A stretch of DNA of 20,485 nucleotides from Candidatus Heimdallarchaeota archaeon (lineage in GTDB: Archaea; Asgardarchaeota; Heimdallarchaeia; Heimdallarchaeales; Heimdallarchaeaceae). Positions 7,478 through 15,289 of this stretch are shown piece after piece; positions within the stretch are counted from its first letter, which is position 1, and each line of letters starts with the position of its first letter. The notes beneath the pieces were generated by a model. The model worked only from the letters and a program-made list of their open reading frames with translations, did not search any database and was not told the origin of the DNA. Where the stretch lies: assembly GCA_018238545.1 (NCBI GenBank), contig JABCTC010000054.1, positions 1-20,485 on the forward strand. Reading direction: 5' to 3'. Both the position numbers and the translations under genes were made by a program.

Positions 7478-8584
7478 TTAGATTTCTAATCCAAGTTTTG
7501 AGAGAGGTTCTTTTATCATATATTCTCTTGAGGTTTTCCAGTTTTTATTCTTGAAATCATAGTTCTCATCGTAAAACCAATACTTTCGTGATCCCCTTTC
7601 TTTTGTGTCTAATACATAAACCTCTACATTCTGTAATGTGTTCCAAATTGAAAATGCAAATTCAGATGCTTGTGAAGCGCTCATATTTCCCCACATAAAC
7701 AGATTTGTTCCTTTTAGAATGTCCATTGAAACATGAAATGGTGGAGGGATATCTTTCATAAGATTGTATACCTGATTCTTCCTTTCTGGAGTTACTGATG
7801 ATGCGACGGCTATATATGTCTCAGTCAGATTGAATGATTTTCTGTCAATGAGTAATCTAACTTTATCTACATAGTGATCCATAACATAGTTGTAATGCCG
7901 GTGAGCATCAGTTTTACTAAGATTAAATTTCTCTTTCAACTCGCTTTGTTTCTTTGTAGCATTGGTTGCATTTGACGTAAGCTCTCTTAATATTTTGAAC
8001 TGAATGGGTTTGTAATTGGTATAGGTGCTCTTATCTTCAGTAGTTTTTTCATAAGTAGTGGGATACCTTTTTAATTTTTTGAACCAATTATCCCATGAAA
8101 AATTCCAGGATAAAGTCTCAGAATTAAACCTTTCAAGGTCTGGATAAGAGATTTGTCTCAAACCTGAACTTTCATAAATTCTGAAAGTATTGATATATTT
8201 CTTCTGTTTCAGTACTTGGAAAAATTCTTTTAGTAAATCTAGTGTGTTTGGTGGGATCTCGAATTGCATGTATAAACCAAATGTTCCCCCAAATGTTCTT
8301 GCTCGATATACTGTATATGGATGTGTATCACATGACTCTTCCACTAATTTGATGGAATCTTTTGAGGATATTTCTACTAAAACATGTTTTCTCTCCAACC
8401 CTAAAGTTTCAGGCTTATATAACGCAATTGGTTTTCTAATCATCCCTCTTTCTTTAAGATTATCGAGTCTAACTTTAACAGTAGGTCTAGATAGCTTAAG
8501 TTTTTCAGCAAGTTCTGAGATAGATATGGTAGGATCTTCTATTAATGCTAAAAGCAGCTCCATATCTTTTATATTCATGCCCAT
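7478..8584 (-). CDS. Lrp/AsnC-like regulator with two HTH-RAM-type repeats, paralog B
   Basis: DMELLLALIEDPTISISELAEKLKLSRPTVKVRL is an AsnC-type HTH; KPETLGL linker; second HTH-like repeat. Confidence 0.85.
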   Translation of the reverse strand: MGMNIKDMELLLALIEDPTISISELAEKLKLSRPTVKVRLDNLKERGMIRKPIALYKPETLGLERKHVLVEISSKDSIKLVEESCDTHPYTVYRARTFGGTFGLYMQFEIPPNTLDLLKEFFQVLKQKKYINTFRIYESSGLRQISYPDLERFNSETLSWNFSWDNWFKKLKRYPTTYEKTTEDKSTYTNYKPIQFKILRELTSNATNATKKQSELKEKFNLSKTDAHRHYNYVMDHYVDKVRLLIDRKSFNLTETYIAVASSVTPERKNQVYNLMKDIPPPFHVSMDILKGTNLFMWGNMSASQASEFAFSIWNTLQNVEVYVLDTKERGSRKYWFYDENYDFKNKNWKTSREYMIKEPLSKLGLEI

Positions 8585-8664
8585 AACTCTAACCTACATC
8601 TTCTAAATCATTTATTCAAATAATCAACCAATTTGTTACGTACTTCTTTAATAAAGACATTTTG

Positions 8665-9138
8665 TTAATAATACAAACCTATGTTAGGGACCTCTCCATT
8701 GTCTCCACCAGGTGGATCAAAAACACATCTATCATATGCTGTTATTCCCCATGCAACTATGGTTCCTCTTATTGAAGTTGTATACCATCCAGATTCTGTC
8801 GCATGATTGAAGTAAACTAACATCGCATCTGTTTCTTCATCAATAAGTTTCATTTTCAATTTGTAAACATATGTTAGTCCTGAAGGGAGTGTTAATTCTA
8901 CTTCTAGAGAGAGGATTATGGTTGCAGAATCAGAAAAATCATCTTCAAATTCCACTTCAAATTCAACAATAACGTCATTCTCTCCTCCTGAATTGTCAAA
9001 ATCCATGTAGTATGTTTTTTCAATGTCTATATCCAACTCTGCATCAACATCACCCGCCATAACTCCCGCAGAGCTTGCTGTTAACACAAATAAGAAAATT
9101 GTACCAAACAGGTATTTTAATTTCTTACTGTTGTTCAT
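8665..9138 (-). CDS. Secreted acidic beta-sandwich protein with FDPPGG motif, paralog B
   Basis: Signal peptide, DFDNSGGEND Ca-loop-like motif, LTLPSG, NHATESGWY, VFDPPGG. Confidence 0.8.
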   Translation of the reverse strand: MNNSKKLKYLFGTIFLFVLTASSAGVMAGDVDAELDIDIEKTYYMDFDNSGGENDVIVEFEVEFEDDFSDSATIILSLEVELTLPSGLTYVYKLKMKLIDEETDAMLVYFNHATESGWYTTSIRGTIVAWGITAYDRCVFDPPGGDNGEVPNIGLYY

Positions 9139-9181
9139 TATAGAACAATAAGTAACATGTTTATTAAAAGTTGGGAAAAAA

Positions 9182-9193
9182 GGTAAATTTATC
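9182..9193. promoter_or_regulatory. Near-palindrome GGTAAATTTATC upstream of the TATA box of 8665-9138
   Basis: 11/12 match to GGTAAATTTACC at 6842-6853. Confidence 0.4.
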
Positions 9194-9501
9194 GCATATT
9201 TGTTTTCATTAATTTCAATTTTGCATTATGATTTAATGCAGTGAACTTAATGTCATCTATCTTTAACCATTTAAAACCCCTTTAAACGTCCTTCTATTGA
9301 ATTTTATCTAGCTTTCCTTTTCCCTTGTATTTTCCGCCTTCACTGGTTTATGTACTGCAACACAATACCCTTGTATTACATTTTTAATGAAATTTCTCAA
9401 AAAACCTCAGTTTTTTCAAGCGACCTCGTGGGTTTTTGTTCAAACATTGAATTTATTATCCTCAAGGCAAAATATCGATTAAGAGTATTTTTGGTGATAA
9501 T

Positions 9502-10377
9502 ATGTTTAGTGTTGCTAGTTTCCTAATCACATTGAGAGAAACAATTGAAGTTGCTTTGATTATAGGTATAATTTTAACTTATGTCATCAAAGTGAAGCAA
9601 GATAGACTTAAGCGAGATATCTGGATAGGAACAGTTCTGGGAATTGTTCTTTCGATCGGATTTGGTATTCTATTCAGTTTTGTATTAGGTAGTTTTGAAG
9701 ATTATGAAAATATTATTGAAGGTTTTTCAATGATTCTAGCAGCTATTTTAATGACTTGGATGATCATTTGGATGAGAGAAACTGGTAGAGATTACCAAAA
9801 GAACCTTGAATCAAAAATTGAAGTAACTATTAAAAATGAACATCGCTTTGGATTAATAGCTTTAGCTTTTATTTCAGTTCTGCGAGAAGGCATAGAAACA
9901 GTAATTTTTCTTACAGGTGTTGAATCAGTAGATGAAACTCCTATGGATATTCTATGGTCTGGTCTAATTGGAATTTTTGTAGCACTTATTTTGGCATTGA
10001 TTCTTTTCTTAAGTAGTAAAAAAATAAACCTAAAACTTTTCTTTAGTGTTACAGGTATATTTCTAATATTATTTGCAGCTGGAATGCTTTCACATGGTTT
10101 CCACGAACTTCAAGATATCGGATGGTTTGGTAATGAAAATAATTTCTTACAAACAATTGTTTGGGATACAAGTTCATTATTAAATGACAAAACCTCGGAA
10201 TTAGGGAAGTTTCTTAGAACACTCTTTGGGTATCAGGATCAGCCAACATGGTTAGAAGTCATCTCATATTTCGGCTACTACTTTTTACTGACTATTCTTT
10301 TCTTACTAGTGAAAATATTGAAGAAGAATAAACAAAACAAAGATAAAACAACAATGTTGAAAACTGAATCTGTTTAG
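9502..10377 (+). CDS. FTR1/EfeU family high-affinity iron permease
   Basis: Two RExxE motifs (RETIE, REGIE), multiple TM helices, HELQ and LFGY...P motifs; GGTGA SD. Confidence 0.93.
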   Translation: MFSVASFLITLRETIEVALIIGIILTYVIKVKQDRLKRDIWIGTVLGIVLSIGFGILFSFVLGSFEDYENIIEGFSMILAAILMTWMIIWMRETGRDYQKNLESKIEVTIKNEHRFGLIALAFISVLREGIETVIFLTGVESVDETPMDILWSGLIGIFVALILALILFLSSKKINLKLFFSVTGIFLILFAAGMLSHGFHELQDIGWFGNENNFLQTIVWDTSSLLNDKTSELGKFLRTLFGYQDQPTWLEVISYFGYYFLLTILFLLVKILKKNKQNKDKTTMLKTESV

Positions 10378-10697
10378 TAATTCCTGCGGTAGATGCTAGT
10401 ATATTTTGTTTTATACGTCCCTTCATCCAATTTGTCTGATTCTTTTGGCCATTGATAAACTTCTAAAGGAGTTTCACATTTTCCACAAACTATCTCTGTT
10501 TGTTCTGGTAGACCTTTGTCATTGTACAAAAAATTAATTTTAATTGAATGATCACAGATATAATCAGTCTTACAAAAAGGGCAATGATGATAATCGTAGT
10601 TGTTCAAAACTGTAGGTTTGAGTATTGCTACTGGACAGTAGCAGGCATTCACCGTTTTTTTACAATCACAAAGCAAATGGTGCGCTATTTCTGTCAT
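10374..10697 (-). CDS. Small Cys/His-rich putative metal-binding protein
   Basis: CxC, CxC, HHCPFC, CxH and CxxC motifs. Confidence 0.65.
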   Translation of the reverse strand: MTEIAHHLLCDCKKTVNACYCPVAILKPTVLNNYDYHHCPFCKTDYICDHSIKINFLYNDKGLPEQTEIVCGKCETPLEVYQWPKESDKLDEGTYKTKYTSIYRRNY

Positions 10698-10814
10698 CGA
10701 AACGTCTAGAATGTACCTATATTTATATTTAACTTAAAAATAAACACTTTTCTAGAGAATTTTGGGTTCCTAAGCAATATTATTAGTTCGTTTTTATGTT
10801 TATTTACCTTAAAT

Positions 10815-11390
10815 CTACAACTCGAAAGCATTTATTTCATCAAGAAGCTCATAAGTTTTGCCAACTGCTTCATGTACTTGTTTCTCACTTTTTCCACCTG
10901 TACAAACTAAATTTCCAGATTGAAATAATAGTAGAACATTCTTAGGTTCTTGTAATCGAAAAATAAGTCCTGGGAACTGTTCAGGTTCATACATGCTATT
11001 GTCTAGCCAAAGTGCTATTAGTTCAAGATTCAATCTTTTATTGTTGAAATTACCTGAAGCAACAATGTTTTGGATAACAATTTCAGGTTCCTCTGTAATT
11101 ATTACGCCCACTTTTTTCAATATTTTAGATATAACTTCTACTCCAATTCTTACATTTTCAGTAGATTTTGCCCCAGTCAATACGAGTTTTCCTGAACTAA
11201 ATACCAGACTTGAAACTTTAGGTTTCTTAATTTTTAAAATCACTCCTGGAAATTTGTCCGGATAAAAACTTATGTCAACTGCATCATCATCTATTAGATT
11301 CTGATACATTTCTACTAATTCAATCGTTGTAAACAAATTTATTGAAGCAACAATATTTTGAACTGTTATATCAAATTCAGGTTTTTTCAT
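10815..11390 (-). CDS. tbp: TATA-box binding protein
   Basis: Two repeats: QNIVAS...FPG...LVFSSGKLVLTGAKS and QNIVAS...YEPEQFPGLIFR...LFQSGNLVCTGGKS. Confidence 0.97.
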   Translation of the reverse strand: MKKPEFDITVQNIVASINLFTTIELVEMYQNLIDDDAVDISFYPDKFPGVILKIKKPKVSSLVFSSGKLVLTGAKSTENVRIGVEVISKILKKVGVIITEEPEIVIQNIVASGNFNNKRLNLELIALWLDNSMYEPEQFPGLIFRLQEPKNVLLLFQSGNLVCTGGKSEKQVHEAVGKTYELLDEINAFEL

Positions 11391-11558
11391 GTTATCTCTG
11401 TGTCCTTGTACCTATAAATTCAAATATTCCTTATTTTTGAGCATGTAAGTATTTTGATATATCATCTATTTTAACCTTTGATGATTTGCTTAAGAATACC
11501 CCTAACAACTGATTAACATTCAAGCTCTTGGAACCAAAAAAAAGATCACAAATCTTTT

Positions 11559-12245
11559 TTATCGTTTGCTAATTACTTTGTCTACCATTTCTTTATATTT
11601 TCCAGAATTTAGTGCCAAATATAAGATTCGAAATATATAGAGAATTCTATCTGAATCTGTAAAGGTAATGTCGCTAAATATTTCTTGAACTTCTTCTTTT
11701 TTTTCTTCGAACACTCGAAAGAGTTCAGATTCAGAATCAGCTTCAATTTTAGCCATAATTTCTGCTAGTTTTTCTGGTTTTGGTGGTTTTATATCTCTAG
11801 ATAGCGATAACAATTCTGATGCTTTTGATAAATGTTTCATACAGATGTTGCATCTCCAATTGTCATCTTCCAAATTTTTAAGGTAAAAAATTTTAGCTGT
11901 TCTTACATATAGAATTTCGGTTGCTGTCTTTCCCATGACAACCCTATGACCAGCAGGCGCAACTAAACCTATTTTTGTTAATTCTTTGATATACCTGTAA
12001 ATTGATTTATCGGAACGTTCTAGATTTTCTAACTCTTTCTTACTCAATCCTCTCTCTGACCCTTTTGTTTTCACTATTTCATTGTATTTATTTTCTATAT
12101 CCTTTACTGTCATAGGTCCAGATCGAAGAACCCAGAAAATGGGCGCATAGCTCTCATCATAAAAAATTTTCACTAATTTTGGATCTCGTACAACTCTTAC
12201 TTCCTCTTGCTTAATACTTTCATCAAGTATATCTTTGTGTCCCAT
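11559..12245 (-). CDS. Winged-helix transcriptional regulator, paralog 4
   Basis: LRSGPMT...SIYRYIKEL...AGHRVVMGKTATEILYVRTA; AGGTGA SD before ATG 12245. Confidence 0.85.
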   Translation of the reverse strand: MGHKDILDESIKQEEVRVVRDPKLVKIFYDESYAPIFWVLRSGPMTVKDIENKYNEIVKTKGSERGLSKKELENLERSDKSIYRYIKELTKIGLVAPAGHRVVMGKTATEILYVRTAKIFYLKNLEDDNWRCNICMKHLSKASELLSLSRDIKPPKPEKLAEIMAKIEADSESELFRVFEEKKEEVQEIFSDITFTDSDRILYIFRILYLALNSGKYKEMVDKVISKR

Positions 12246-12377
12246 ATTATAATTCACCTATTTTTGTCGAATGAAACTTGTGGTGTGTAGTTAAGGATAC
12301 TCTAATTGAATTTGAGTTTTGAACAGAAAATACAGGAGAATAATTGAAAAACGTATTAAATAGCTCTTCCTCAATTA

Positions 12378-13055
12378 TCATTCTTCAAAACACTCCCCGA
12401 GATTCTTTTTGCTTTGCTCTGAATAAAGCATTGATGCAATATTAATAATGCTTAATAGTTTCTTAGATTCCTCAAATCCTCCCTCTGTAAGGATTTTTGA
12501 AACTTCATCATATTTCTTATTAAGTGCTTCATAAAGATAGTTGTTTCCGGAATTAAGTAGCTCTATCATTCGTTTACTGAAGCAATTAAGATCTAATTTT
12601 TGAACCCCTTCTACAGCTTGTATAATTCTCGCTGATCTTTGAATTATCGTCTCTCCGTCACTCTCTTCCCACCATCTATCTTCGATGTTAAGTAAGAAAA
12701 CTTTAGCGGCACGACTGTAGAGATTTTCAGTAGCGGTCTTACCTATCACTAACCTTTGTCCTGACAGTACAACTAATTCCAAATCAGTTAGTTCTTTGAT
12801 ATACCGATAAATGGTTTTCTCTGAACGTTTCATTTTCTCAAACGCATCTTTAGGTATATCCATTTTTATTGCTCTCTTTTTTACAATCTCGTTATACTGT
12901 TTTGTAATTTGCTTAACTGTCATTGGTCCTTCCTTGAGGGCAGATATAACTGGAAAATAGGCCATATCTGAAAATACCTTAATTAATTCTTTATCTTCAA
13001 TAACCCAAACATCTTTTTGTTTAATTTCATCGTTCATTATATCTTGATATCCCAT
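12378..13055 (-). CDS. Winged-helix transcriptional regulator, paralog 5
   Basis: LKEGPMT...TIYRYIKEL...SGQRLVIGKTATENLYSRAA; ATG 13055 follows GGTGA and aligns with the paralog 4 start (MGYQDI / MGHKDI). Confidence 0.85.
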   Translation of the reverse strand: MGYQDIMNDEIKQKDVWVIEDKELIKVFSDMAYFPVISALKEGPMTVKQITKQYNEIVKKRAIKMDIPKDAFEKMKRSEKTIYRYIKELTDLELVVLSGQRLVIGKTATENLYSRAAKVFLLNIEDRWWEESDGETIIQRSARIIQAVEGVQKLDLNCFSKRMIELLNSGNNYLYEALNKKYDEVSKILTEGGFEESKKLLSIINIASMLYSEQSKKNLGECFEE

Positions 13056-13154
13056 ACTCACTTTCACCAATTTCGTTGTCACTAATATTTAACTCACAAC
13101 CTTTAATAAACGTTTCCGTCTATCAAAGAAGGCGTTCTCATGATTTGGAACTCA

Positions 13155-13237
13155 TTCTCGCTTTAAGAGATATGTTTATATATTGATGAGAGAGAATATT
13201 CTCGGACACAGAGAAACAGTGTCTCACTCAATAAGAA
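13155..13237. promoter_or_regulatory. Operator array of cassette 3 (three TCTC-N7-RAGA sites) around the TATA box at 13175-13182
   Basis: TTCTCGCTTTAAGAGAT (13155-13171), TTCTCGGACACAGAGAA (13199-13215), GTCTCACTCAATAAGAA (13221-13237). Confidence 0.7.
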
Positions 13238-13258
13238 AAACCAAGAGGTAAAATCAAA

Positions 13259-13519
13259 ATGGCAGTAAAATTAGAACAAAAAAATGAACTGTTAAAAAAT
13301 TTCAATGCTCTGAAAGCATTGTATAATCTCGAATTTGTTGAAGAAGAGGACTTAAGCGACCTCTTAAACCAGCTAGCAGAGAACATGTATAACAATAACA
13401 CAGATCTCAGCAAAGTGTATCCTGATATGAAACATTATCAAAACTATCGCCTTAAGCAATCCGTAGAAAACGATAGAAATCGTTCTCTCTCGAAACTCGT
13501 ATTGTACAGAGGTTCTTAA
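13259..13519 (+). CDS. Small protein (86 aa) of the wHTH-associated family
   Basis: GAGGT SD; paralogous to 13637-13900 (KxELxxxFxxL...F.EE...LL.QLA...); ends LYRGS. Confidence 0.8.
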   Translation: MAVKLEQKNELLKNFNALKALYNLEFVEEEDLSDLLNQLAENMYNNNTDLSKVYPDMKHYQNYRLKQSVENDRNRSLSKLVLYRGS

Positions 13520-13636
13520 CTTTAACTTATTCTTTTTCATACAATGAAATCAGTAGGACGAACATCACAACTTGTGTTAACAAGTAGTGAGTAACTATTA
13601 ATAAATCTCAAGTGAGAAAAAATATGAGGTGGTTTC

Positions 13637-13900
13637 ATGATTAATAAAACCGATAAAAAAGAAGAGTTGATAAGATCTTTCCAAAATCTTACAAAAATCA
13701 AACATTACACCTTTAAGGATGAAGAGTTAATCCTATCCCTCTTAGATAAGTTAGCATCATCCTTGTTTGGGTCAAAATATGATTATTGTTCAACACCTGA
13801 ATACAATGAACACTGTAAAAATATCATCAAAGAAGATCTAAAAAGAGAGAAAGAAAAATATCTTGTTACAAAAGTATTATTGACTGGAACATTATTCTGA
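13637..13900 (+). CDS. Small protein (87 aa) of the wHTH-associated family
   Basis: GAGGTGG SD; ends LLTGTLF; T-rich tract follows. Confidence 0.8.
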   Translation: MINKTDKKEELIRSFQNLTKIKHYTFKDEELILSLLDKLASSLFGSKYDYCSTPEYNEHCKNIIKEDLKREKEKYLVTKVLLTGTLF

Positions 13901-14079
13901 TTCAGTCATCTTTCTCTCTTTTAATCTCTCTTTTGTATTTCATGCACGATACCAATAGTTTATTGTTAGTAAACAATAGAAATTTATCTGCTTTCTTTCT
14001 TCTTTTCTCTTTTCCCCTTAAGTAATCTTTAAAATCACTCTTATCCAAAGTAAAGAGTATACTTCATAGGTGAATTATT

Positions 14080-14856
14080 GTGGGTAAGAAAAAATCTACT
14101 GAGCAACTTGACAGAGACATACAAAACCTAGTGAAAAAAATTTCAGTTATTGAAAAATTCGTTAATGTAGAGAAGAATCAGCAAGATACTCGGGTCAACA
14201 AACTTGAAAAATCCTCTGAGTCGATAGATAATTCCCTCAAAGCTCTTCGCATCGAAGTGCAAGCTTTGAATCAGAATTTTGAAAAGGATTTCAATGAATA
14301 TGATGAAAAACTTACTAATATAATCGAGGATTTTAGTTCATTCCAAAATACTTTGGATGTTGAACTGGAAAAAGTAGTTGAAAAAGATAAAGTTATGGAA
14401 GAACTTCGATCTACCGTCAAAGCCAAGACCGCTTTGCTTGAAGAAAGAGAGAAAAACCTAGCAAATATGGAAGAGAAGTATTCTAATGCTTTGGAGAAAA
14501 TTGCTAAACTTGAATCAGATCTAGCAAATGTTGAAATAAACTATGAACAGGTTAAAACCCTTCAAGAAGAAATGAAGAAGAATTTAGAATCAGTTGAAGG
14601 AGAATATGGTGATTTCAAGTCGAAAGAAGAACCTATCCGAGCACAAAATGAGAGTATTCGACGAATATTAAACGCTCATGATCAAGGAAAGATATTTCTA
14701 GCTCTTGTTTCAGCCTCACCAAATAGTTTATCGCTTGATGAATTAGCCGATATGATCGGTTCTACTACCGTTATGATTAAACCTTCCTTACTAGCATTGG
14801 AAGATTTAGAGGTCGTGGAGTTCAATCCGAGTACGAGAGAAATTAAACTAATATAA
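14080..14856 (+). CDS. Long coiled-coil protein with C-terminal winged-helix domain
   Basis: Heptad-rich E/K/L stretch of about 190 aa followed by LSLDELADMIGSTTVMIKPSLLALEDLEVVEF; AGGTGA SD and GTG start. Confidence 0.8.
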   Translation: MGKKKSTEQLDRDIQNLVKKISVIEKFVNVEKNQQDTRVNKLEKSSESIDNSLKALRIEVQALNQNFEKDFNEYDEKLTNIIEDFSSFQNTLDVELEKVVEKDKVMEELRSTVKAKTALLEEREKNLANMEEKYSNALEKIAKLESDLANVEINYEQVKTLQEEMKKNLESVEGEYGDFKSKEEPIRAQNESIRRILNAHDQGKIFLALVSASPNSLSLDELADMIGSTTVMIKPSLLALEDLEVVEFNPSTREIKLI

Positions 14857-14880
14857 TTTTCACTTTTCTCTTTTTTTGTC
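14857..14880 (+). terminator. Oligo-T terminator
   Basis: TTTTCACTTTTCTCTTTTTTTGTC directly after the stop. Confidence 0.5.
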
Positions 14881-14983
14881 ATTGAAAAGAAGTACTGGGT
14901 ATTATCGTTTTAGAGATACTGACAAAATCTCAAAAAAACACCCGACAAAAAGGTTAAAAACCCTATCTAACTCTTAGTATTAC

Positions 14984-15002
14984 AATCACTTTTTAAGTGA
15001 TT
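14984..15002. promoter_or_regulatory. Inverted repeat AATCACTT-TTT-AAGTGATT upstream of the parB operon
   Basis: Perfect 8-bp arms with a 3-bp spacer, adjacent to TTTATAAA at 15001-15008. Confidence 0.45.
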
Positions 15003-15061
15003 TATAAATGAATTAAGTGAAAACAACAGAATCGACTAAACTACGAATACAGGTGATCTAT

Positions 15062-15283
15062 TTGAAATTAGATGAAAATATATTCTATTTATTGGATGCT
15101 GGCGAAAATAAATGGATTTTCACCAATAAAACAGAAGCAATTACTCAAATGAAAGCTGTTGTTAAAGATGGTAATAGTGATGCTATCAAACTTCTGAGTA
15201 TTAATGCTGAAGATGACAACTGGGTTATACAACAGTACCCATGGAAAGAGATAGCTTTCGAGTTAATAAAAGAACAGGGGTGA
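15062..15283 (+). CDS. Hypothetical small protein (73 aa) likely co-transcribed with parB
   Basis: AGGTGA SD before TTG at 15062 (ORF track start 15017); 6 bp from the parB start. Confidence 0.7.
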   Translation: MKLDENIFYLLDAGENKWIFTNKTEAITQMKAVVKDGNSDAIKLLSINAEDDNWVIQQYPWKEIAFELIKEQG

Positions 15284-15289
15284 GTTTGA

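Noticed and set aside
6024-8680. HbYX-like C-termini (FYL, LYY) as proteasome-gating motifs
   Set aside because: Both proteins have signal peptides, so contact with the cytoplasmic 20S proteasome is unlikely.
13606-13617. TCTCA-AG-TGAGA upstream of 13637 as another operator copy
   Set aside because: Half-sites are similar but the spacing is 3 bp shorter than consensus, so it was not counted; it could still be a variant site.
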